Below are positions 1 to 9,073 of a stretch of DNA of 64,000 nucleotides, one piece after another (the stretch's first letter is position 1; each line of letters starts with the position of its first letter). The notes beneath the pieces are model-generated. The model worked only from the letters and a program-made list of their open reading frames with translations, ran no database searches and was not told the DNA's origin. A program made the translations under genes and the position numbers. The DNA is taken from IMG/VR virus record IMGVR_UViG_3300027766_000001, one strand, 5' to 3'. Source of the DNA: a virus (taxonomy: Duplodnaviria; Caudoviricetes).

Positions 1-324
1 GACCACTATGGTTCGTCACCTGCTCGGTTGGTTGGACCGTTTCACCATTTCATGATGACGTTGTTGGCGATGTATAAGTCTATCCATAACAGCGCTGGCG
101 ATGAAGATGTGGTGTTGGATAACTACATCAACGGGAGCATGGTGACACTGAACGACGCAGCACAGCAGCACCTTCATGTGGTCATGCAATCGATGATGGG
201 GTTGTTAACGCGACTGGGAATGGTGTACGGGGAAATCCACCCAGGGTTAATCCGTAACCTGGTTTTTGACCAAGAGAGCTGGACCTTGCTTATTGAGTTC
301 GGAGGAGAGAATGATCAAGCATGA
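1..324 (+). CDS. hypothetical protein, 5'-truncated by the window edge
   Basis: Frame is open from base 1 to TGA at 324; overlaps the next gene in an operon-like way. Confidence 0.6.
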   Translation, partial: DHYGSSPARLVGPFHHFMMTLLAMYKSIHNSAGDEDVVLDNYINGSMVTLNDAAQQHLHVVMQSMMGLLTRLGMVYGEIHPGLIRNLVFDQESWTLLIEFGGENDQA

Positions 325-739
325 AATGAATGCCATCGTGTTCTCAATATTACCGCAACGTGATGAAGCATTGCATCAACTGGTCCGTCGACATCTGATC
401 AACATCGGCGACATCGATATTAACCTGCTGGTCTACATGGCGCTCAATCAACTGACCATCAATCAGCTGGTGAGTGCAGCACAGACCAAAAATATCGAGC
501 AGCTTTGTCATCAGCATTTGCCGAACAACAGTTACGAACATTATCAGGTTGTGATGTTCGTGTGTGAGCAAATTGCTTTGTTGCTGTACAATGACTACCG
601 TATCGCGATCGAGCAATCCCGGATGCCGTTACCGTCTCGAATGATTGAGGCGAAGTACAGTAACGGTGTGGTCACAATGGTCTTTGAATCGATGGATGAT
701 CAATCATGCGTGTATTCGTACACGACTTTGCTCCAATAG
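311..739 (+). CDS. hypothetical protein
   Basis: GGAGGAG RBS at 301-307 before ATG 311; part of an overlapping gene chain. Confidence 0.7.
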   Translation: MIKHEMNAIVFSILPQRDEALHQLVRRHLINIGDIDINLLVYMALNQLTINQLVSAAQTKNIEQLCHQHLPNNSYEHYQVVMFVCEQIALLLYNDYRIAIEQSRMPLPSRMIEAKYSNGVVTMVFESMDDQSCVYSYTTLLQ

Positions 740-1137
740 TTTCAGGGCTCATGGGTGAGCTGACACAGATGGAAGATGCGTGCGTGACGTATGAAGATGT
801 CATTGACTTCTTACTCGGGAACCGGGAGCCCCTCGACAACCCGTCCGGGTATGAAGATTACATGGTGGATTACTTCTGCGACTGTAAGGATCTGAACATC
901 CACGATCGGCACTTGGTAAGGTCAAGCTACTATCGACTGAAGCCACTGGTTGAATCCCTTTTCCCGCAAGCACACGGTAAATGGGTATGTTGTGGGTTTG
1001 TTGGAACTGTCGGGTATTTTATACACAGCCACCTACCAGATGACCCCACGATAGATTCTCTCCGTGTTGCGGTTACTCAGTCGATTCGATCACTTTGGGG
1101 TTACTATGATTCTCGCCTTACGCACGCCCGCTTTTGA
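706..1137 (+). CDS. hypothetical protein
   Basis: 143-aa ORF overlapping both neighbours; start could be 751. Confidence 0.65.
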   Translation: MRVFVHDFAPIVSGLMGELTQMEDACVTYEDVIDFLLGNREPLDNPSGYEDYMVDYFCDCKDLNIHDRHLVRSSYYRLKPLVESLFPQAHGKWVCCGFVGTVGYFIHSHLPDDPTIDSLRVAVTQSIRSLWGYYDSRLTHARF

Positions 1138-1456
1138 TCGGGTCTTCAACGCCGTGAAACAAGTCGTTGCCACGGATCACCTCTCTGAAAGCATTAACCT
1201 GGGGGTGATCAACGATGTGGTGTATGAGTTGTTTCGCCAATGTACCGAGCGGGTGAACATTGTTGATGTTGATCCCGAATACCAAAGCCTGTATCAGCCA
1301 TTTTATGAAGCACTGAACGAACTGCTATTGCTACACAACGTCCCGGTAATCGCTGTCTCAGGATTATTGGTGGACGGTCCGGATTTCTGGACCATCATCC
1401 TCGTTGTGGATCAGCGGTTAATGTATACTGTCGGGGGATGTCAACATGGGGTATGA
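1106..1456 (+). CDS. hypothetical protein
   Basis: GGGG RBS before ATG 1106; overlaps the next gene. Confidence 0.6.
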   Translation: MILALRTPAFDRVFNAVKQVVATDHLSESINLGVINDVVYELFRQCTERVNIVDVDPEYQSLYQPFYEALNELLLLHNVPVIAVSGLLVDGPDFWTIILVVDQRLMYTVGGCQHGV

Positions 1457-1856
1457 GTTACTGGTCAAAGGAGCAACGGTGGATTTCATCGTTGAGGCAC
1501 CTGAGATCTTAACCAGTGGATTTACGAACGCGAAGATCATGGCTGATCTGGATATGGAAACCGCACAGGCGTTGGGGCTTGATGTGCAAGCCAAACACCA
1601 AAGCCTGTACCCGCTCATTAAAGGAAAGGGCATTGCTGATGACCCGTCTTCATACGGCTACATTCGTGTGCAGAAAGAAAGCGGGTCCATTGTCATGCTC
1701 GGTATTCCATGGATCAAGGAATCCTCCATTGTCGCGAAGCAACGTCGTCGCATCACAGTGGACATTCCTGACGTGGGGACCAATGACATCGCTATCGTGA
1801 AAGCTGCATTGGAATCCAATGGCTATCCAGATGCCGTGGTGAAATTGGTAGATTGA
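1446..1856 (+). CDS. conserved chimallivirus protein (phiKZ gp49-like position)
   Basis: Immediately upstream of the DNA polymerase; DDPSSYGY and LGIPWI motifs; followed by a terminator. Confidence 0.6.
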   Translation: MGYELLVKGATVDFIVEAPEILTSGFTNAKIMADLDMETAQALGLDVQAKHQSLYPLIKGKGIADDPSSYGYIRVQKESGSIVMLGIPWIKESSIVAKQRRRITVDIPDVGTNDIAIVKAALESNGYPDAVVKLVD

Positions 1857-1858
1857 AC

Positions 1859-1896
1859 CATGGGGGCTTAGGCTCCCGTGGTTTTCTTTTATGCCC
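1859..1896 (+). terminator. hairpin followed by T-tract and TTATGCCC
   Basis: CCATGGGGG-cttagg-CTCCCGTGG then TTTTCTTTTATGCCC. Confidence 0.7.
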
Positions 1897-1961
1897 AGCA
1901 TTTATTTTTTGACATTGTTGGGCTATCCAATAGAGACCATTTTCGGCCGTAAGGATATTCC

Positions 1962-4073
1962 ATGGAATTATTCGTTAATAAGGCTAGCGAGTACAAACGT
2001 GACTTGCGCATTCATCACCACTATTGTGAGAATAAAGCCAAATCACTGTCGCTGCTTTTCAATGAGCCGATGGAGAAGACACGTGAGTTCGTCACTCGTG
2101 TCACTGCACCTGGCGGTAAGCATGGGGTAATTGATCCCCGTGTGCGTATTTTGATTCGTGGTAAGAACGGTGACCGCGAACTGAAGTTTACGACCTTTAA
2201 CAAGTTTCTTAATGCGGTGGATAAACGTCAGGCGATTTTGAGTCCGTCGTTAACAGCGTACCTGAACCCAAAAGAAAAAGTATCACAGTACGCGGTATCC
2301 ACTGACAACAACATCAAAGCACGTAAAGTCATTAAGAAAGAGATGTTCCTGGCTGAGCAACGTGGTGACGTCACCACAGCCCAGATTAAAGATATCATGC
2401 AGACGGGTCGTAAGCTGACCAACAACGGAATGTCCGGTGGGTTCTGTACCGCGTCCACACCGTTCTATTGTCGTTCTGCCCACAGTTCGTTAACGTCGTG
2501 CTGTCGTTCTGCAACGTCGTCAACCAACGCCTTTAACGAGAAGTTCTTAGCCGGTAACCGTCACTATCACTCGCCTGAGATTGTGATGGAGAACATAGCC
2601 TCGATCTGTCTGCACTCGAACTATGAGTTGATTGATCAGGCGATGCGTGAATTCAACCTGGCCTACCCAACGGTTGATCAGGTGATCGCGTGTATCTATC
2701 GTGGTTCACGTCGTTACTGGTCAGACCGTCGTTACATGGCGATGATCCATCAGCAAGTCAGTAACATGACACCGGGTGAGCGTGCCGCGTTCATGTTTAC
2801 CAGTGACATGTATCACATGCGTGTGGTCAACCCTGACTTCGTGCGTCAGATGCTGGTTGATATTGCTGAGAAAACCAAAGTGGGTATCAGTGAAGACGTG
2901 GCGCTGAAAGATGGCGATGCTCGTGTACTAGCCACCATGAAGTGTGCGGAAGACATTATCCGTGTCGGTGTGAAAGAGTCTGAGAACTCGGATGAGATCA
3001 AAGACCTGGTGAAAGCCAACTACCAGCTGTCTGTACAAAACATCGAGAAGTACCGTTCGTATGTGCGTGCATTCTTGGTAACACCAAACACCCCTGCGTC
3101 GATTGCCATGATGCCGCACCATGTGCGTGAAGTTGTGTTAGCGTCCGATACCGACTCCTCGATCTTTACTGAGCAGGAATGGGTAGACTGGATTGAGCCA
3201 AACTACGATCTGCGTCAAGAACGTATTCAGGTTAACGCCGCAGTAACCTTCCTGGTTTCTCAACAGGTTGTGCATTTGCTGGCGATTGTGTCGGGTAACA
3301 TCGGTGTATCTGAAGACCAGATGTTCCGCTTGACCATGAAGAACGAATACTACTTTGAGTCGTTTGTGTTGACCAACATGGGTAAACACTACTTTGCCAC
3401 TCAGACGGCGCGTGAAGGGAACTTCTATGCGAAGCCGAAGCTGGAGCTCAAAGGCGTGCACTTGCGTAACTCCAACGTGCCAAAAGAGATTCGTGATCGT
3501 GGTAACAAGATCATCAACGACATCCTGGATAAGTCCAACAGCAACACCCAGTTCTCAGTGGTTGAACTCCTGCAACAGGTGGGTGACATTGAGCGCTTTA
3601 TCATCAACTCGATCCAAAGTGGTGAGCCGGTGTTCTTGGCGAAAGCCACCATCAAGGACAAAGACTCCTACACCAAACCGCTGAGCAACAACTATTACCA
3701 CTACCTCATGTGGGAAGAAGTATTTGCACCGAAGTACGGCCCAGCACCACAGCTGCAGTACTTAGGCTTGAAAGCGAAGTTAGGATTGGAATCGCGTACG
3801 GCTGTGAATGAATGGCTGGATGAGTTGGAAGACCAAGGCTTTGCGCAGCGTATGCGTGACTTCATGGTGAAGTACGGGAAAGACAAGTTGTCACAGGTAA
3901 TCTTACCAGCGGACATCGTTATGACTCAGGGGTTACCGCAAGAGGTGATTCAGGGGATTAACATTCGTCAGCTGATCATGGAAAACCTGGCCATGGTGTA
4001 CTCTTGCTTAGAATCGTTAGGGCTTTACTTTACGAATCCGAATGCAACCCGCCTTGTATCAGACGAACACTAA
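1962..4073 (+). CDS. family B DNA polymerase, C-terminal (fingers/palm/thumb) subunit, phiKZ gp50-like
   Basis: Motif B-like KLTNNGMSGG and motif C ASDTDS; KYYFES/GKHYFA and LELKG palm-thumb motifs; no exonuclease domain; synteny upstream of chimallin. Confidence 0.85.
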   Translation: MELFVNKASEYKRDLRIHHHYCENKAKSLSLLFNEPMEKTREFVTRVTAPGGKHGVIDPRVRILIRGKNGDRELKFTTFNKFLNAVDKRQAILSPSLTAYLNPKEKVSQYAVSTDNNIKARKVIKKEMFLAEQRGDVTTAQIKDIMQTGRKLTNNGMSGGFCTASTPFYCRSAHSSLTSCCRSATSSTNAFNEKFLAGNRHYHSPEIVMENIASICLHSNYELIDQAMREFNLAYPTVDQVIACIYRGSRRYWSDRRYMAMIHQQVSNMTPGERAAFMFTSDMYHMRVVNPDFVRQMLVDIAEKTKVGISEDVALKDGDARVLATMKCAEDIIRVGVKESENSDEIKDLVKANYQLSVQNIEKYRSYVRAFLVTPNTPASIAMMPHHVREVVLASDTDSSIFTEQEWVDWIEPNYDLRQERIQVNAAVTFLVSQQVVHLLAIVSGNIGVSEDQMFRLTMKNEYYFESFVLTNMGKHYFATQTAREGNFYAKPKLELKGVHLRNSNVPKEIRDRGNKIINDILDKSNSNTQFSVVELLQQVGDIERFIINSIQSGEPVFLAKATIKDKDSYTKPLSNNYYHYLMWEEVFAPKYGPAPQLQYLGLKAKLGLESRTAVNEWLDELEDQGFAQRMRDFMVKYGKDKLSQVILPADIVMTQGLPQEVIQGINIRQLIMENLAMVYSCLESLGLYFTNPNATRLVSDEH

Positions 4074-4075
4074 AC

Positions 4076-4117
4076 CGGCATAAGGGTCAGAGGGGGTCAC
4101 ACCCCTCTGACCTGCCG
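4076..4117. terminator. bidirectional terminator between convergent genes
   Basis: GGTCAGAGGGG-gtcaca-CCCCTCTGACC flanked by CGGCATAA (TTATGCCG on the minus strand) and TGCCG. Confidence 0.8.
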
Positions 4118-4125
4118 TCTGATAA

Positions 4126-5235
4126 CTATTTGTCTTTAATACGCTGCCGTATGCTGGCAAGTTCTTTTGTAATAACTTGATCGATACTTTGTGGCATTCC
4201 ACCAATACGAAAGGTATTGTCGTTCTTGATGATGTTCAGGCTGTGTAACACCTCGTTAATCAGAGCACCTTCTTTACGGCCACGGTTAAACGAGTATTCC
4301 ACTTCCAGTAAGAAGTCGACCAACCAGCTGCGTGCAATGATCCACGCCCAACGACTTTGACGCATATCCAAATCAATGGGTAGGCGAATAGCGTTGTAGC
4401 CAGACTGTGTAAAGGTCGGCATCATCATCAGTACGGCTTCCCAATACCGAGGTGTGCGTTTGAGCTCTTTGACGTTGTGCGCAATCACGTTATCGGCCAG
4501 TGTCATGTCATCCATTAGCCAGAACGGTTGACGAGGATTGAGACTGTGGCCTTTAATGCCGCGATACGCTTTGATGGTCCGGTTGATTAAAGCAATGTCG
4601 TTGTGTGACTTCACCAGGTTCTGTACCGGATAGCAGGCTACAAACTGTTGAATGGTCGGGACCGGTTTAGGGTTGGTCTCAGCCACCCACTGGTTGAACT
4701 TGAGCCACTGCAGCGCTAATAAAGGAATGTTAACACTGAGTACAGCAATACCACTTCCACCCATGATCTGACGTTTATCGAGCAGACCGTAGTTGGAGAC
4801 GTCATAAGGGTGACGGTGAACACGCACCGGTTCCATGTCATACCAGGGTGTGGTTAACGCTTCTTCATAGGTAGTCGACGTGGCGATCACAATCTCCATG
4901 ACGCTATCAGGGTAGAAGCTGGATTTACTGATGGTGCCGTAACTGGTACTGGAGGTCATTCCCACGGCATTGGCTAAACGGTAATCACGCAGACGAACTT
5001 CATCGTAGTATTTACGAACATCTTGCGCCGATAATTGTGTAAGCTTGCCCGGTAATTTTATTTGTTTGAGTAGCCTGCAAACCACGTGATTGTTTTGGAC
5101 GTGGAAAGTATTGCGTCTAAAATAATCTTGTGCACGCCCGAGGTTAAGCATAGCAATGTCCCGTAAACGGTCCATCTGCGGGTTCATCATGTTACCATGA
5201 TTGAGCTGCATATCGTTACTGAATAAGGTGTACAT
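4126..5235 (-). CDS. conserved chimallivirus protein (phiKZ gp52-like, putative virion protein)
   Basis: 369-aa minus-strand ORF between the DNA polymerase and chimallin, as in the phiKZ block; GAGG RBS. Confidence 0.65.
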   Translation of the reverse strand: MYTLFSNDMQLNHGNMMNPQMDRLRDIAMLNLGRAQDYFRRNTFHVQNNHVVCRLLKQIKLPGKLTQLSAQDVRKYYDEVRLRDYRLANAVGMTSSTSYGTISKSSFYPDSVMEIVIATSTTYEEALTTPWYDMEPVRVHRHPYDVSNYGLLDKRQIMGGSGIAVLSVNIPLLALQWLKFNQWVAETNPKPVPTIQQFVACYPVQNLVKSHNDIALINRTIKAYRGIKGHSLNPRQPFWLMDDMTLADNVIAHNVKELKRTPRYWEAVLMMMPTFTQSGYNAIRLPIDLDMRQSRWAWIIARSWLVDFLLEVEYSFNRGRKEGALINEVLHSLNIIKNDNTFRIGGMPQSIDQVITKELASIRQRIKDK

Positions 5236-5357
5236 AGCGACCTCGGATATGGCATTCGGTAATAAAAAACATAGTGAGTTATACTATGTGAGATAACATC
5301 TCTCCTCTAGGTTAACGCCTAGTTGCCGAGTGGAGACAGATTCAAACTTTTTACAAC

Positions 5358-5374
5358 CCTATATTACCTAAGTG
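5358..5374 (+). promoter_or_regulatory. early (virion RNAP-type) promoter for chmA
   Basis: CCTATATTAC-ctaa-GTG; matches the TATTAC early consensus of phiKZ-like phages and recurs upstream of other genes in the window. Confidence 0.7.
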
Positions 5375-5452
5375 TAATTACCATGGTAATTTCATTCGCG
5401 AATGTTAAATATAAGTGGCCCCGCCACTGAACACCAAAAAGGAACAAGCAGT

Positions 5453-7504
5453 ATGAAAACTCGTAACGACCAGCCGCAACCAGCTAACAACTCTCTGGCC
5501 GATGCACTGAACCAGGCGAACGCACAGCAGCAGCCTCAGGCACAACCGCAGGCGCAGCCACAACCTCAGGTTCAACAGCCGCAGGGTACTGCTCAGCAGC
5601 AGCCGATCTTCCAGCAGCCGCAACAGGGCTTCGCTGGTCAGGCGCCGCAGCAGGATGGCCAGGATCGTAACTCTAAGATCTTCGGTCTGAACAACCGCAT
5701 GTCGCGTACCTTCTCTTCTCAGACCTATTCTGAGAACTTCAAGATCGCGAACGAAGCGGTGCAGGAATTCTGCAAACCGTACGAAGGTGATGGCTTCAAC
5801 CAGACCTTCTTCGTAATCCCACTGCAGGACCAGAACCTGCACTGTGCTGCACTGATCTACGTCATGGCTATCAGCCAGTCCGCTTACGGCGTGTACACCT
5901 ACATGCTGGAAAACACCGGTAGCCCGCTGAAGCCGCTGGTAGGTAACGACCAGTTCACTGGCGAGCGCTATGAGCTGCCGCGCATGACCGGTTCTCAGTA
6001 CGATGATATCTACTGGGGTGCCGTGAAGGGCGCAGTAATCCGTCATCTGAAACTGCAGAACAACTCTGCTGTCCAGATCATGGAAGCTGGCGCGGGTGTT
6101 ATCCATGCGGAAATGGATTGGAAAGACGGTGGCGCAATCGGTCGTCTGCTGAACAACGCAGAAAACGCCGTGTACGCTTACGCGAACCGCATCTCTGGCT
6201 ACAAGATCGAAGAGCCGCTGAACCTGGCAACTGCGATCAACCCGCTGGTTGACCGTCTGTCCGCTGGTTTCAACTTCAATCCGCAGCCTCTGATTACGGC
6301 TGATGGTCAGCCGATGCGCAACGACGTAGAGATCAAACTGACCGTGTCTTCTGAAGGCAACGTGCAGGTACAGAACTCTGAGCCGTTCACTACCGTTCAC
6401 GGTTACGTGGAACTGGTAAGCGCAGGTCCGCAGCCGGTCATGATCCCGAACGGTTACGGTCAGATGATGCAGGCGCCGCAGCGCTACTACCCGCAGCTGG
6501 CAATCACTGCCGTTGACCAGGGTATCTTCGACGCAGAAGCACCGGAGTTCCAGGTGCTGGGTCTGTACGTAGCCACCCTGTTGCTGGAAAACAACAACTG
6601 GATGAATGCGTTCGCACCACGTATGGTCGGCGGTGTTGATATCAACGATATCGGCGCACTGAACTACGAACTGCGCATGGGCGTGGATCCGCAAGATCCT
6701 AACGCGCGTCCGAAGAAGATCGATACCAAAACGCACGAGTTCAACAACAACGCACTGCAGCAGCTGCTGAGCCAGGCGTGCTTCCCGAACATGTCCGTAG
6801 TCATGGACATCGAAGAAACTGGTCACCGTAACTGGGTGAACTCCATGTTCCTTCAAGCGGGCGGTATCCCGGGTTCTAACGCAACCATGCTGCCGCAGGA
6901 CGGCCGTCTGGCGCACGAAGCAGTTATCGCTGCTGCGAACAACCTGACCAATGGCGAGTTCAGTAAGTTCTTTACTGACACTACCAAACTGATCACTATC
7001 CGTGACGGTTCTCGTATCCAGGGTGGTTACTACCTGAGCGACGATGGTAAGCGTCTGGACGTTCGTAACGTTGACCTGGTAGCAGTACTGAACTTCCTGG
7101 GTGAATCTGATCCGCGTCGCGTTGAAGAATGGAAAATGATCTGTTCTTCTACCTCTGGCCTGTCTGGTCCGAAACGCATCGCACTGCGTCAGCAGTTCCT
7201 GCAGACTATCCTGGGTGCATCGTACGTGCAGAAATGCTACTACGAGCGCGTCATGATTTCCAACGACTTCCTGGCCGCACTGCGTTCTGCAATCATCGCA
7301 GCCGGTGTTCAGGTTCGTCCGGAGAACATGTCTAACCAGTACAACGCCATGTCTTACGGCATGCCGCTGGCCGCACAGTATGGCTTCAACACCCATACCG
7401 CGTCTTCGCTGCAGGCTGCAGGCTACGGTCAGCTGGATCAGCAGGGTCGTGTCGTACAGTTCGGTAACTACCGTACTCCGTTCGGCCACTTCAACGTCCA
7501 GTAA
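5453..7504 (+). CDS. chmA: chimallin, major phage nuclear shell protein (phiKZ gp54-like)
   Basis: About 683 aa from ATG 5453 (AAAGGA RBS); strongest host-optimal codon bias in the window; disordered Q-rich N-terminus; aromatic/Gly C-terminal segments; lies between the gp52-like gene and the nvRNAP beta' N subunit. Confidence 0.88.
   Translation: MKTRNDQPQPANNSLADALNQANAQQQPQAQPQAQPQPQVQQPQGTAQQQPIFQQPQQGFAGQAPQQDGQDRNSKIFGLNNRMSRTFSSQTYSENFKIANEAVQEFCKPYEGDGFNQTFFVIPLQDQNLHCAALIYVMAISQSAYGVYTYMLENTGSPLKPLVGNDQFTGERYELPRMTGSQYDDIYWGAVKGAVIRHLKLQNNSAVQIMEAGAGVIHAEMDWKDGGAIGRLLNNAENAVYAYANRISGYKIEEPLNLATAINPLVDRLSAGFNFNPQPLITADGQPMRNDVEIKLTVSSEGNVQVQNSEPFTTVHGYVELVSAGPQPVMIPNGYGQMMQAPQRYYPQLAITAVDQGIFDAEAPEFQVLGLYVATLLLENNNWMNAFAPRMVGGVDINDIGALNYELRMGVDPQDPNARPKKIDTKTHEFNNNALQQLLSQACFPNMSVVMDIEETGHRNWVNSMFLQAGGIPGSNATMLPQDGRLAHEAVIAAANNLTNGEFSKFFTDTTKLITIRDGSRIQGGYYLSDDGKRLDVRNVDLVAVLNFLGESDPRRVEEWKMICSSTSGLSGPKRIALRQQFLQTILGASYVQKCYYERVMISNDFLAALRSAIIAAGVQVRPENMSNQYNAMSYGMPLAAQYGFNTHTASSLQAAGYGQLDQQGRVVQFGNYRTPFGHFNVQ
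5519..5660 (+). repeat. Q/P/A low-complexity repeat in the chimallin N-terminus
   Basis: Encodes NAQQQPQAQPQAQPQPQVQQPQGTAQQQPIFQQPQQG. Confidence 0.8.
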
Positions 7505-7511
7505 GTTGTTA

Positions 7512-7557
7512 GCATAACCCCATGGAGGAGAGGGAAACCTCTCCTCCTTTTATGCCC
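7512..7557 (+). terminator. strong terminator after chmA
   Basis: GGAGGAGAGG-gaaa-CCTCTCCTCC-TTTTATGCCC, preceded by GCATAA. Confidence 0.85.
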
Positions 7558-7594
7558 TATCACTATTTTTTTACCTGTTGGAAGAGGATAAGTC

Positions 7595-9067
7595 ATGCAG
7601 CCAATAGCCAATGGCGGTGTGTGCGCAACGGTAGCTGATCACGACAAAGCGTTTTTACAGCTGACGTATAGCCCGGTGTTAATCAATGATTTTGATCTTA
7701 GCATCGAAGCAGAACGTGCCAAGCTGAATGCGCAAATGCGTGTGAGCTACGATGCGGACATGTTTAGCGTGAAGCCACGTTGTTTCTGTGGTAAGTTAGA
7801 AGGGGGCGAAAAGGTTGGGCGTGTATGCGGTTCATGTAACACCAAAGTTACAGTGGTAACTGAGGAAGCCATTGAATCACAACTCTGGTTCCAAACACCT
7901 GTAGGCGTTGCCGGCTTTATTAACCCACAGATCTGGACGTTGTTGTTCCAGCCGTTTGTGGTGAAAGGATTCAACCCACTGGAATACTTTGCTGACCGTC
8001 AATATACGCCAGCAAAAAGCAGTGGTGATTACCGTAACAAAGAAATCTACAAACTCTGTAAAGAGATGGGTTTCCCCCGTGGCATGAACAGCCTGGTAGA
8101 GAACTTCGATAAGATCATGACTACGCTGCTGAACTCGTCAGTGGTGCGTGGCAGTAACATCTCATCAGAAGCCCTGCGTAACTATGCGGGTCTCTATCAA
8201 CAATACCGTGAAGTGATCTTCTGTAAGTATCTGCAGCTGCCGTCAAAGCTGGTATTCATTGTTGAATCCAATGCAACCGGTCGCTATGCAGAGCCTGGTA
8301 TGAAGATGGCCCAGGATGCGGCTCTAACGATCTGTGATGCCCGCAAGGAACTCATTGATCAACACGACTTACGGTATAACGAAAACATCGCTATCAAGGT
8401 TGTGCGTGGCCTGGCAAGCTTCTACGCAACCCATGATAAAGATATCTTCGCAGGTAAACCGGGATTGCTTCGTAAGAACATCGGTGGTTCACGCATGCCC
8501 TTTACGGCACGCTGTGTTATCACCTCGAAGACCGGTAATCACGACATGGATGAAGTGGATATCCCGCGGTGTATTGCGATTCCGTTGTTGCGGTTCCACA
8601 TTGCCAACAAGCTGAAGTTACTGGGTTATAATCCGATCCAGATACTGTCGATGATTACCTCATCGATTAAACAGCCGGTGGACGTGATTGATAAGGTGCT
8701 GGATGAGTTAGAACTGGATCCGAACGTTACGGGACCTACAGCACGTCTGATCAAGATCTTCTTGTTACGTAACCCAACCTTACGCTGGTTGTCTAACCGT
8801 CGTTTCTGGGTGCGTATCAACCGCAATCCGGAAGAGATCACCATCAAGATCTCAACCCTGTCTATTATCTCCTCGAACGCTGACTTCGACGGTGATGAGT
8901 TGAACCTGTTAATGGTCACTGATGAAATCATGTCCACGTATGCGGAAGCATTCGGATCCCACAACTGTGTGTTGGATATGAACAGTCCCTTAACCGTATC
9001 GGGTGACATTGCGTTACCGGCTACGTTAATTTCAACCATGAACCGTTGGGCGTACAGTCACGATTAA
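7595..9067 (+). CDS. rpoC: non-virion RNA polymerase beta' N-terminal subunit (phiKZ gp55-like)
   Basis: Zn-ribbon CFCG...CGSC, LRKNIGGSR, LLRNPTL and catalytic NADFDGDE motif. Confidence 0.93.
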   Translation: MQPIANGGVCATVADHDKAFLQLTYSPVLINDFDLSIEAERAKLNAQMRVSYDADMFSVKPRCFCGKLEGGEKVGRVCGSCNTKVTVVTEEAIESQLWFQTPVGVAGFINPQIWTLLFQPFVVKGFNPLEYFADRQYTPAKSSGDYRNKEIYKLCKEMGFPRGMNSLVENFDKIMTTLLNSSVVRGSNISSEALRNYAGLYQQYREVIFCKYLQLPSKLVFIVESNATGRYAEPGMKMAQDAALTICDARKELIDQHDLRYNENIAIKVVRGLASFYATHDKDIFAGKPGLLRKNIGGSRMPFTARCVITSKTGNHDMDEVDIPRCIAIPLLRFHIANKLKLLGYNPIQILSMITSSIKQPVDVIDKVLDELELDPNVTGPTARLIKIFLLRNPTLRWLSNRRFWVRINRNPEEITIKISTLSIISSNADFDGDELNLLMVTDEIMSTYAEAFGSHNCVLDMNSPLTVSGDIALPATLISTMNRWAYSHD

Positions 9068-9073
9068 TCCGGT

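Noticed and set aside
5405-7489. 694-aa antisense ORF mirroring chmA
   Set aside because: It is codon-aligned with chmA. Host-optimal codon use avoids TTA/CTA/TCA, which removes antisense stops. No RBS, and the sequence is not protein-like.
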